From Chlamydiota bacterium (GTDB taxonomy: Bacteria > Chlamydiota > Chlamydiia > Chlamydiales > SM23-39): DNA of 25,299 nt. The stretch spans positions 1-25,299 of the forward strand of contig JBCDEZ010000020.1 in assembly GCA_039179045.1 (NCBI GenBank), given 5' to 3'. A program made the position numbers and the translations under genes. The notes under the pieces are model-generated. The model saw only the letters and a program-made list of their open reading frames with translations, was not told where the DNA came from and made no database searches. Positions 16,705 through 25,156 of the stretch are shown piece by piece; position 1 is the first letter of the stretch, and each line of letters begins with the position of its first letter.

Positions 16705-17760
16705 ATGGGACAAAAATGGGTAGCGCAGAAAAGCCCTGCAATGCATTTTCTCGACACCATCTTGGAAAATTTATCTACAGGTGTGCTGCTCATCAGTGCG
16801 GAGGGTAGATTTCTTGCCATCAATCCTTCAGCAGAGGCCTTGCTCAAAAAAGAGGCACGCACTGTTCTTCTGCAATCTTTTTGGGACCACTTTCCCGACG
16901 AACTTTTCGGCTTCTCAATGAAAGAAGCCTTGAAAACGCCACTCAACGAGCGCCCTTTGCAGATTTTTTTTCAAAAACAATGGATACGCATCACACCTCA
17001 CGCGTATACAGATGGTCCCTGCAATTCGGGCCTGCTCTTCTTTCTTGAAGATATGACGCAACTCTACAAGTTGCGTCAAGTCAAAGAAAGAGCGTCACGT
17101 TTAGAAGAGCTGGGGACGAGGCACGCTGCCCTCGCTCACGATCTCAAAAACCCCCTTGCGGGGATCCGTGGTTATTCCATGATGCTGCAACAAGAGCTAG
17201 AGCACACTCCTTGGAAAAGCATGGCAGGAGAGATCGCTGCAGGAACTCTCCGTTTGGAAGAGCTTTTGCACACGACGCTCGCCTTCGTCAAACCAAGCCC
17301 ATCGAACTGGAAAAAAACGCAGATGAACGCACTACTGCAAAAAAGCTTTGCCCTGGTATCTCGAGATCCTCGATGGAAAAAATCGTTTCTTTTCGAAGAA
17401 CATATTCCAACCGAGCCAATCTATGCTCAAACCGATCCTATTTTGCTTGAAAGAGCTCTTTGCAATATCTATTTCAATGGACTGCAAGCAATGCAACCTG
17501 GAGGGACCCTTTGTTTGCGCCTATGGCAGCAAGCGTCTTCCTGTCTGATCACAATTTCGGATACAGGACATGGGATGAGCGAAAAACAACAAGGGGAAAT
17601 ATTTCTCCCATTTTTCACCACAAGATCCGAGGGTTTTGGTCTCGGTCTTGCGGAAGTGAAAAAGATCGTACGCGAACATGGAGGAAAAATAGACGTGCGC
17701 TCCCACGTCGGTGAAGGAACCACTTTTTCTGTGACACTCCCTTTGGATGGCTCTTTGTGA
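16705..17760 (+). CDS. ctcB: PAS-domain sensor histidine kinase (CtcB/AtoS)
   Basis: PAS-like ILENLSTGVLLISAEG...INPSAE; H-box AHDLKNPL; N, G1, F and G2 boxes (NGLQAM, DTGHGM, IFLPFFTT, GFGLGL). Alternative start 16741. Confidence 0.9.
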   Translation: MGQKWVAQKSPAMHFLDTILENLSTGVLLISAEGRFLAINPSAEALLKKEARTVLLQSFWDHFPDELFGFSMKEALKTPLNERPLQIFFQKQWIRITPHAYTDGPCNSGLLFFLEDMTQLYKLRQVKERASRLEELGTRHAALAHDLKNPLAGIRGYSMMLQQELEHTPWKSMAGEIAAGTLRLEELLHTTLAFVKPSPSNWKKTQMNALLQKSFALVSRDPRWKKSFLFEEHIPTEPIYAQTDPILLERALCNIYFNGLQAMQPGGTLCLRLWQQASSCLITISDTGHGMSEKQQGEIFLPFFTTRSEGFGLGLAEVKKIVREHGGKIDVRSHVGEGTTFSVTLPLDGSL

Positions 17761-19085
17761 TGCAAGAAATACTCGTTGTAGAAGATGATCCTACCATGCG
17801 CGCTTTTCTCTGCGATTTTTTCTTTTTGAAAGGAATGGCAGTTGCCTCTACCAAGCAGGGCAAAGAGGCAATTGCTCTTCTAGAAAAAAAGAGATTCGAT
17901 CTCGTTTTTACCGATATGAAAATGCCCTACTCTTCGGGGCAAGAAGTGCTCGTACAATGCCAGAGGCATAGCTGCCTGGTTGTTGCAATGAGCGCGTTTG
18001 CGAGCGTAGAAAATGCGGTAGAAGCGATGCAGCTTGGCGCTTTTCACTATCTTGCAAAGCCCTTTGCTTTGCAAGAGATAGAAACGATCGTTGAAAAGGC
18101 AGGACAGGAACTCGAGGCAAAAAAATGTTCCTCCACAAAATGGGTCGAAGATACTCCTGCAATGCATCTCTCCTCGAAAAACCCCGAGATGCAGCAATTG
18201 CTCGAAGAGGCGCAAGCAGGCGCAAAAACCGATGCGAATGTGCTGATTATGGGAGAGTCAGGCACAGGCAAAGAAGTATTGGCCCGCTTTATGCACGCGC
18301 ACTCGTTGCGCAAGGATGCGCAGTGTGTGAACGTCAACTGCCCAGCTCTTGCAGAGAGTCTTTTTGAATCGGAATTTTTTGGCCACGAAAAAGGAGCCTT
18401 CACAGGAGCAGAAAAGCAAAAGCGGGGACGCTTTGAGCTGGCGCACAGAGGCACTTTGCTGCTCGATGAGGTCACAGAAATCCCCGTACATCTGCAAGCT
18501 AAGCTGCTACGTGCCTTGCAAGAGCGTGAGTTTGAAAGGGTCGGTGGAGAGGTCTCTCTCCAAGTGGATGTGCGCATTATCGCAACTACCAACTGCGATT
18601 TACGGCAAGCTGTAAAAGAGCGTAGTTTTCGGGAAGATCTTTTCTACCGCTTGCATGTTTTGCCTCTTCTACTTCCCCCCTTGCGGGACAGAAAAGAAGA
18701 TCTACCAGCTCTCATCTCTTACTTCCTTGCCTACTTCGCAAAAAAAATGCGCAAAACAGCGCGAAGGCTATCCAAAAACGCCTACTGCTCTTTGCTCGAG
18801 TACTCATTTCCAGGAAATATCCGAGAGCTACGCAACTTGCTCGAGCGTGCAGTAGCCCTCAGCCGCCAAGAAGAGATCTCAGAAGAAGAGCTATTTTGGA
18901 AAGTGGCTGCACAAAAAGAGGTATTCTCTCTCAAAGAGTGGGAAAAAAAACACATACTCGATGCGGTGCGCATTTTAGGGGAAGATCCTAAGAAGATTTC
19001 TCAAAAACTGGGGATCACAGTGAAAACCCTACAAAAGAAACTACACACTTACCGAACAAATAGCGTAGAGATGGACATCAAGTAG
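17760..19085 (+). CDS. ctcC: Sigma-54-dependent response regulator (CtcC/AtoC, NtrC family)
   Basis: Receiver domain (VVEDD, DMKMP, YLAKPF); AAA+ domain with GESGTGKE, GAFTGA, LLLDEV, FREDLFYRL, FPGNIREL; C-terminal Fis-like HTH; TGATG coupling to ctcB. Confidence 0.93.
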   Translation: MQEILVVEDDPTMRAFLCDFFFLKGMAVASTKQGKEAIALLEKKRFDLVFTDMKMPYSSGQEVLVQCQRHSCLVVAMSAFASVENAVEAMQLGAFHYLAKPFALQEIETIVEKAGQELEAKKCSSTKWVEDTPAMHLSSKNPEMQQLLEEAQAGAKTDANVLIMGESGTGKEVLARFMHAHSLRKDAQCVNVNCPALAESLFESEFFGHEKGAFTGAEKQKRGRFELAHRGTLLLDEVTEIPVHLQAKLLRALQEREFERVGGEVSLQVDVRIIATTNCDLRQAVKERSFREDLFYRLHVLPLLLPPLRDRKEDLPALISYFLAYFAKKMRKTARRLSKNAYCSLLEYSFPGNIRELRNLLERAVALSRQEEISEEELFWKVAAQKEVFSLKEWEKKHILDAVRILGEDPKKISQKLGITVKTLQKKLHTYRTNSVEMDIK

Positions 19086-19174
19086 GTGTCGTGTATAGCG
19101 GAGCAACAGCGTTCTTCGCCCCTCCGCGAGACGGCAGATGGAGAAAATTTTCCAAAAATGCACCCTCGGCAGCC

Positions 19175-20734
19175 TCAAAAACTGAGGCTCTCCTTAAGAA
19201 AGATGGTACGTGTCAGCTCTTCTACAAATAGAAGATGTTGCAATGCTTGGGTATGCTCTTTTCGATCTCCTTGTGCGAGAATCAAAGGGCTGAAAAGGTG
19301 CCACATATTTTCTACATGCAGCTGGTAGAAGATTTCTTCTTGTAAGGGGGAAAAAAAGTCAGAGGGAAGGGAACGCCCCTCCTCGTAGAGCTTCTCCAAA
19401 AGGGGCATTGCGCGTCCTACGAACGTTTCGCAACGCGCTACGCTCTTACGGAGGCCGTGGTCTTGTGCTAGGATCGGATAGCGGGGAAGCGCTTCTATTG
19501 CATCTCGCACTAGATCATCAATCGACTCGGGATAGGGCTCTAGATTCTCATAAGGAGCGATCCCTGGGAAGGCAAGTCCTTTAGAGGTAGTTTTTTGCAC
19601 AAGACCTGGACGCTCCTGTGCGTAGTGGCAAAACCAGTCACGGGCAAAGAGCCAGTCTCTTTGTGTCATGACCTCTTTTCCCTCTGCGTTCTTTGTTTTC
19701 TGCAGGCTTGGCTTTTCTTTGGATACAGAGAGATTCTCTGCGTAGGCCTTTGCCGAGTCGTGGCACAGATCTTGACCAACCAAAATAATGGGAGAGCATC
19801 CCATATATTCTGCAACTACACAGAGAAACGTCGACACATTCCATCCGTAATCACGGGGTACTAAAGGAAGAGCACAACGAGTTGTTAGGAAGTCTTCCAA
19901 GGGATACCCTCCGTTGGAAGAGGCGAGAATAGGAGGCGTTTTGCCCAGACGCACATTATCAGGATTGGCGCGCAGCTGAAAAAGAAAGTAGGGATCTTGC
20001 AAATCTGCCTGGGTAAAAATGTGGTGAGGAGCCTCTTTATCAATAGTAGCCGCAAAATGGGGACGGATCTGCTTTTTCTTCAAAATCGCTAGGGTAGAGC
20101 CTCCCGCAAAAATAACCCCCTTATGCCGATTGAGCAAGTGGTAGTCGCGGTCTAAACTAGGACCCGCTCCCACAACGAAGGCAGGCACGCCTTTGAGAGC
20201 ATCTTTTGCGTCTTCTAAAAGGCGCACCTCAGATAAAGAAGAAAGGTTTTGCACAACATTTTGTAGTACTCTCTTTCCCAAGTCGCCATAATCTGAGAAG
20301 GTGAAGTGGACCCCTTCTCGGAGATAGTTGAATAGGTTTTCAGCAAAAGGTCGCTCCTTCGTAGTGAGAAAGGAGACCTTTTTCAAGATGTGCTGCCATA
20401 AAAGAGCGCGGAACTGATCTTCGCAATCCAATGCCTGCGGCGTGTAGTGAATCTCTACTTGAGGATGTTCGATGATACTCAGCGCTGCTGCATCATTACA
20501 AAAAAGCAGAATCTCATCGAGGGAATCTTCGAGAAAGATGAGTTTTGTTTCTGGGCCGCGCAATTGCGTTTCGAGCAATAGATACGCTTTTTTAGAAAGG
20601 CCATAACAAATATAGATATCTCCTTCGGACAGAGGCGGCAGTGGTTTGTCATTTTGAGTGTGGGAAATTTCTGGAACCGTTCTGCAGTTTTTGAGCAGAG
20701 GAATTTTTTCTTGCAATCGAGTTAATGCATGCAT
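19175..20734 (-). CDS. Motility-associated-factor (Maf / DUF115 / MptE-like) glycosyltransferase family protein
   Basis: PAFVVGAGPSLD, HFAATID, YMGCSPIILVGQDLC; likely start ATG 20734 overlapping the upstream stop. Confidence 0.8.
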   Translation of the reverse strand: MHALTRLQEKIPLLKNCRTVPEISHTQNDKPLPPLSEGDIYICYGLSKKAYLLLETQLRGPETKLIFLEDSLDEILLFCNDAAALSIIEHPQVEIHYTPQALDCEDQFRALLWQHILKKVSFLTTKERPFAENLFNYLREGVHFTFSDYGDLGKRVLQNVVQNLSSLSEVRLLEDAKDALKGVPAFVVGAGPSLDRDYHLLNRHKGVIFAGGSTLAILKKKQIRPHFAATIDKEAPHHIFTQADLQDPYFLFQLRANPDNVRLGKTPPILASSNGGYPLEDFLTTRCALPLVPRDYGWNVSTFLCVVAEYMGCSPIILVGQDLCHDSAKAYAENLSVSKEKPSLQKTKNAEGKEVMTQRDWLFARDWFCHYAQERPGLVQKTTSKGLAFPGIAPYENLEPYPESIDDLVRDAIEALPRYPILAQDHGLRKSVARCETFVGRAMPLLEKLYEEGRSLPSDFFSPLQEEIFYQLHVENMWHLFSPLILAQGDRKEHTQALQHLLFVEELTRTIFLKESLSF

Positions 20735-21156
20735 GCGTTCACCAATTCTTGATATTTCGGTAGATAAAAAAGCTCTTTTTCCCCCGTTTGTTCTTTCCAA
20801 CGGAGGGAGAAATATTCTGATCCTGCTAAGGCTAGAAAAGGGGCACCGATACTATTGTATCCCATGACTTGCTGCAACGCAGCAGGAGAGCAAGAGGTAC
20901 TAGCTTTGCATTCGATCAGCAAAAGAGGAGCTAAAGAAGAGCCTTTCAAGTACAAAGCCAAAATATCGACCCGCCTTCCTATGGCTAGCGACTGTTCACC
21001 CAAAGAAGGGTGCAAAGACGCCTCGACTACAATCCAACGTTTTGGGTAGCCCAACTGCAACATTTTTTGTAAGCAGCGCTGCCGCACTACCTCTTCAGGT
21101 GTCGCAGCGACCCAAAATTCCCGGATTGGATCATAAAGTTTTTTCGGGGATGTCAA
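20722..21156 (-). CDS. Stand-alone type I restriction HsdR N-terminal-like (PD-(D/E)XK) domain protein
   Basis: LYDPIR...ATPEEVVRQ...LGYP...RRVDIL...PLLLIECKA...QVMGYN. Confidence 0.85.
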   Translation of the reverse strand: MTSPKKLYDPIREFWVAATPEEVVRQRCLQKMLQLGYPKRWIVVEASLHPSLGEQSLAIGRRVDILALYLKGSSLAPLLLIECKASTSCSPAALQQVMGYNSIGAPFLALAGSEYFSLRWKEQTGEKELFYLPKYQELVNACMH

Positions 21157-21772
21157 TTTCTACCAATCCAAAGCTAGCATCTCTACGACGATAGAGCACC
21201 TTAAATTTTTGGTCTTCTTCGCTTTTGTAGATCATGAATTCGTGCCCTGAAAGCTCCATATTCATGAGAGCTTCTTGTTTCGTGAGCATGCGCACTTGCA
21301 CCTTTCCCGAGTTCGTGATCTCATGAGGATGGTAGAGAGCTTCTTGCTCAGCAAAATTTTCCGCTTCAATCTCTTCGTTGATTTCATCAATCTCATCTAC
21401 CCGGGGATCGATCACATGCGCATGCAAATCCACAGTAGACCTGGGGGTATTGTGATGGTCTTGCAGTTGTGATTTGTATTTCCCAATGAGACGCAAAAGC
21501 TTGTCTACTGCTTTATCGATCGAAGAGTAAATATCACCTGTAACCGATTTTCCCCTTACCTGCGACTGCAAAAAGCGGACGAAAATTAGTGTTGAGTGTT
21601 CCAATTTCTCTTTATTCAAGACGACATGGATTTCTAGCACGTGCTTGCCGAAGAGAGCAATCTTGGCCACTTTTTTCTCGACGTAATCACGAATAGCGTC
21701 GGTTAGAGGGAAATGTCTTGCGTGGATTTCTATCTTGTAGTCTTCATTGTCGAACTTCTGGGATTTTTTCAT
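21131..21772 (-). CDS. hpf: Ribosome hibernation promoting factor, long form (RaiA / S30AE with C-terminal domain)
   Basis: IHARHFPLTDAIRDYVEKKV, DIYSSIDKAVDKL, LTKQEALMNMELSGHEFMIY...VLYRRRDASFGLVE; start ATG 21772 (or GTG 21778). Confidence 0.93.
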   Translation of the reverse strand: MKKSQKFDNEDYKIEIHARHFPLTDAIRDYVEKKVAKIALFGKHVLEIHVVLNKEKLEHSTLIFVRFLQSQVRGKSVTGDIYSSIDKAVDKLLRLIGKYKSQLQDHHNTPRSTVDLHAHVIDPRVDEIDEINEEIEAENFAEQEALYHPHEITNSGKVQVRMLTKQEALMNMELSGHEFMIYKSEEDQKFKVLYRRRDASFGLVEIDIPEKTL

Positions 21773-21801
21773 GACCACCTACCGCGCTATTATTGATCTC
21801 G

Positions 21802-21830
21802 ATTATCCTAAGCGGGCGCTCTTTTTTCAA
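21802..21830 (-). promoter_or_regulatory. Putative sigma66-type promoter of the hpf operon
   Basis: Minus strand TTGAAA-N17-GATAAT; the -35 sits inside the palindrome CTTTTTTCA-A-TGAAAAAAG. Confidence 0.55.
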
Positions 21831-21841
21831 TGAAAAAAGGC

Positions 21842-22339
21842 CTAAACACTCTGCACATCTCCAGAGAAGTAAAGCCAGCGGCGACCTTCTTCTAAAAGAA
21901 ATTGGCTTTTTTCCCGAAAATTCACATCGACCCCAGATTGCAAAAGGTGAGCGGTGAACACGACAGTAGCCTCTTTCGCTTTTTCTTCAAATAAATGGAT
22001 CCATAGACCAGCAAATTCAGTAGAGGCAGCAAAACGCTTGATACTCTCTCTGTTCTCCTCCAAAGAATGGGCTTGCGAAAAGAGGGAGGTATGCGTTGTT
22101 TCCAAAATATAATCGGCTAGCCCAAGCGCGTAAGCAGAATAACGAGAACGCATCAAGATGAGGGCATTTTCAGGGGGTTTTCCAAAGTGGTATGGAGCGC
22201 AACAAGCCTCATAAGCGATCATTTTGGAACAAGGACAAGGAGTTGTTGTATCATCTAAAGAATAGACTCTACATTCTCTTGCTTTTCGATAGCTCACTAC
22301 ATCATTTCCTATGTCCTCCCCGATTTCTAGAAAACGCAA
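21842..22339 (-). CDS. ychJ: YchJ family protein (SEC-C motif plus NTF2-like fold); start uncertain
   Basis: CPCS...YEACCAPYH, LMRSRYSAY...YILETTH, ATVVFTA, FREKSQF...WLYFSG. Confidence 0.88.
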   Translation of the reverse strand: MRFLEIGEDIGNDVVSYRKARECRVYSLDDTTTPCPCSKMIAYEACCAPYHFGKPPENALILMRSRYSAYALGLADYILETTHTSLFSQAHSLEENRESIKRFAASTEFAGLWIHLFEEKAKEATVVFTAHLLQSGVDVNFREKSQFLLEEGRRWLYFSGDVQSV

Positions 22340-22368
22340 ATAAGCGAATTGCTACCGTAAAGGTGAAT

Positions 22369-22441
22369 TGCACCGAAGAGGACTCGAACCTCTAACCACT
22401 TGGTCCGAAGCCAAGTACTCTATCCATTGAGCTATCGGTGC
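22369..22441 (-). tRNA. tRNA-Arg (TCG)
   Basis: GCACCGATAGCTCAATGGATAGAGTA-CTTGG CT TCG GA CCAAG-TGGTTAGAGGTTCGAGTCCTCTTCGGTGCA. Confidence 0.96.
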
Positions 22442-22649
22442 AAAAGACTCCACTACTCTAACAGATCATGCTGTTTTTTGCCCACTTGTCTCATTCCTAT
22501 CGGTGGGATGAAAAGCGCGAGGAACTAGCCGCTTTAGACCATTTCTCCAAAAGCACTGGGCAAGCCGTTTTTCCTATTGCTCAAATCGCTTGGATGTCCC
22601 ATGGTTCAGGCACTCGATGTGTTTGCGCGGCTTATAGCATATCCTCTTA

Positions 22650-23398
22650 AAAATTTGTATACAAGTTCTGAAGCATAGGGAATCGAGGGAAAAAAGTGAA
22701 AGCATGAAAACCTCATAGTATCGTAGAAGGCCGTATCCTATGGTGTTCAGGTGCATGCTCGAAATATTCATGATACAGCAGCAGGTTGTGCAGCTCTCGA
22801 AAAACACCCCAACTCGCAAAGAGTCCCGGGGATATAGACTACAGAAAAAGCATCGAAACGTTTTTCAAAGACACACGGATAAAAAGATCGAGATTTGCCC
22901 GAGCAACCGAAAGGGATGGATACAGCGTTTTCAATGATAAACTTTTTCGTTGAATTGATGTTCAGGAAAAAGGTGTGTCGATTTCGTTTTTCCTTAATTT
23001 GAGATAATAAAAAATCAAATTTAAATAATTATAATATTGAATTGAGACCTAATTTTAATTAATTAAAAAAGAATGAGATAGAAAAAGTTTATAACGAACA
23101 GATCTCTAACCAGTATGAAACGTTTACTTTTCAAATCCATAGATTACCCTAACACAAGTCAAAAAATGGTCACTGTGGCTTATCTTGCAAAACGGATGCA
23201 CTGCATGCACCTATGTAGAATAAAAAAACCATCACTCAGTATCTAGCCAGAATACAGCCAATGTTTGATGATTGAAAACCCGAAACTCAGATTATTGGCC
23301 AAAAGATGGGTTGTGGGAAAGGACCTTTGCTTGGCTCAACCACTTTAGGATGCCTTCGAAAGATTTTGAAATGACTGTGAGCTCGGAAGAAAACACCG
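22650..23398 (+). pseudogene. IS5-family (IS1031/IS427-like) transposase remnant split by an insertion
   Basis: Fragments GKKVKA*KPH, GVQVHARNIHDT, DIDYRK and KKIEI...KGW (22687-22920); it resumes at 23292 with LLAKRWVV/ERTFAWLNHFRMPSKDFE, the typical KRWVVERTFAWL...R.LSKDYE motif. Confidence 0.8.
22927..23279. mobile_element. About 350-bp AT-rich MITE-like insertion with imperfect terminal inverted repeats
   Basis: GTTTTCAATGAT-AAAC (22927-22942) versus the reverse complement of 23263-23279, GTTTTCAATCATCAAAC; it interrupts the IS5 remnant between its GW and LLAKRW codons. Confidence 0.55.
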
Positions 23399-23448
23399 CA
23401 CACCCATTCTTCATAAGTGGTTGCGTAAGGAAATTCTTCACAAGGAAC
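23399..23448 (+). repeat. Degenerate IS630 left-end copy
   Basis: CACACCCATTCTTCATAAGTGGTTGCGTAAGGAAATTCTTCACAAGGAA resembles TATACCCATCTTGAGTGAAGAGTTGCGTCAAGGAAATTCTCCACAAGGAA at 24184. Confidence 0.7.
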
Positions 23449-23652
23449 TAAGAAGGGTTTTTTGGAGAGTTGATCCCTACCGAGCCCAGAGCTTTTCCAC
23501 GAACTGAACAAAAGACTGAAAATGAATCAAAACTTTGCTAATGCGTTTCACTCAATTCTCCAAATGAAATAGCTATACAAATTGCCTGTTCCATGCTCCC
23601 CAATAGTCGGGGTTGAAAAACTCTTTATAGATGCCTTTTCAAGGAAGACTAT

Positions 23653-24096
23653 CTAGTGCAAAAGCACTACGCGAAGAGAGCTAAGTCCGTACGATATCGC
23701 TTCAAAAACACCTTTTTTTTGGCCTTCATTATAGATATCTCGCGCTGCTACAACAGCCGTGAAAGCTATGCTCAAAAAGATGGAGCGCGCGACCCGGGTT
23801 ATGGTAAACTGGACAAAGCCCAGGTTTGTGAACTCGTATGCCAATACCACAAAAATGGAATAAAAAGGATTCAGGGCTTTCCATTCAGGAAGTTCCTTGT
23901 CCAAGCGGTAATGCACAATACGAGGAATCACTGTAAACACCGCGCCAAAAGCGACAGAGGATAACAGCGGAACAACGGCTTGGGAAGTGCAAAGGCCTAT
24001 AGTGAGATTGGCCGCAGCGCTTTGAAAGCCAGAGCACAACATATTGTCGAACTTAGCGTAGTCAGTGTCGTGCGCAACAATTGGAGGGGTTGCCAT
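23653..24096 (-). CDS. Hypothetical multi-pass membrane protein (147 aa)
   Basis: SD AGGAG 7 nt before ATG; two pairs of hydrophobic segments; its own promoter-like motif upstream. Confidence 0.7.
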   Translation of the reverse strand: MATPPIVAHDTDYAKFDNMLCSGFQSAAANLTIGLCTSQAVVPLLSSVAFGAVFTVIPRIVHYRLDKELPEWKALNPFYSIFVVLAYEFTNLGFVQFTITRVARSIFLSIAFTAVVAARDIYNEGQKKGVFEAISYGLSSLRVVLLH

Positions 24097-24126
24097 ATCT
24101 AATCTCCTATGAAATTAAAAAGAATT

Positions 24127-24155
24127 ATCCTACTCTTTATAAAAGAAAAAGTCTA
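24127..24155 (-). promoter_or_regulatory. Putative sigma66-type promoter
   Basis: Minus strand TAGACT-N17-TAGGAT about 30 nt upstream of ATG 24096. Confidence 0.45.
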
Positions 24156-24183
24156 GAAAATAAATTCTTTCAGTAGGGCAGGC

Positions 24184-25118
24184 TATACCCATCTTGAGTG
24201 AAGAGTTGCGTCAAGGAAATTCTCCACAAGGAAAAGGTGGGATTTTTGTATCAGACTTGTGATGGCTTAGACTGCAGAAGAAAAAGCGAAGCGGCTGTAT
24301 CCGGGACCCGATTTAAGGCTGCAATCTTTCTAGATAAGAGGTGGACTTTTCATGCAATTGCTGATGCACTACTGCTAACAGAAGAGGCAATCTGGCTGTA
24401 CATGCAAAACTACGAAGCATCGAAGTAGCTTCCTACTGAAAATGAAGATTCTCACAGGAAATTGCGTGAAGACCAAAGCGCTTTTTTATGCGAATATCTT
24501 GAAGAAAATACCCAGCTCTATATGCAAGGATATTGCTGCCTATGTTTTGTCAGCGTTTGGAGTGAAGTATAACATTTCAGGCATGCATTCTTGGCTGAAA
24601 TCGAATGGTTTTACTCAGTAAAAGCCCGCAGTTCTTCCAGTAAAGGTAGCCGTAGAGCAGCAAAAAGAATAGTTAGTGGCAGTACCGCTCTTTCGAAAAA
24701 AGACTCGGTGAAAACGAATCGATTTGCTGCATTGTATGGAGTGCATCCTACTCGCAATACAAAGACCATTTGGGGATGGATCAAAAACGGCGTGCGTAAA
24801 ACAATCCCCATGAATACTGGTAGGCAGAGAATCCACTTGTCTGGTGCTTTGGATATCAATAAGCATGGAGTCTTGATCTAGGAAGATACGACGTTACATG
24901 CCGAGTCTACGATTGCATTTTTCAAGAAAATAGAAAAATCGCACAAGAATTTTGTGAAGATTTATCTATTTTCTGACAATGCGCGTATAAAAACCGATTC
25001 GTTCAAGACTATTTAAAAACTCTAGAATGGAACTCCGTTTTTACTTCCATATAGTCCGAATCTCAATCCAATTGAGCGGCTTTGGAAATTTATGAATGAG
25101 AAAATATTGTGGAACAAC
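24184..25118 (+). mobile_element. Degenerate IS630-family element (transposase pseudogene, 3' truncated)
   Basis: TA-starting end TATACCCATCTTGA; HTH fragment RFKAAIFLDKRWTFHAIADALLL; GVHPTRNTK..WGWIKNG...TGRQRIHLSGAL; IYLFSDNAR; LPYSPNLNPIERLWKFMNE; many stops and frameshifts. Confidence 0.9.
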
Positions 25119-25156
25119 TATACCCATCTTGACTGAAGAGGTGTAAGGAAATTTTC
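25119..25156 (+). repeat. Another IS630 left end inserted at a TA inside the first element
   Basis: TATACCCATCTTGACTGAAGAGGTGTAAGGAAATTTTC, a direct repeat of 24184-24224. Confidence 0.8.

Noticed and set aside
20722..21156. Functional type I restriction-modification system
   Set aside because: Only a 144-aa N-terminal-like domain is present; no methylase, specificity or helicase subunit is in the window.
657..21472. Numerous short antisense or alternate-frame ORFs in the ORF track
   Set aside because: They are shadows of well-supported genes with no independent coding evidence.
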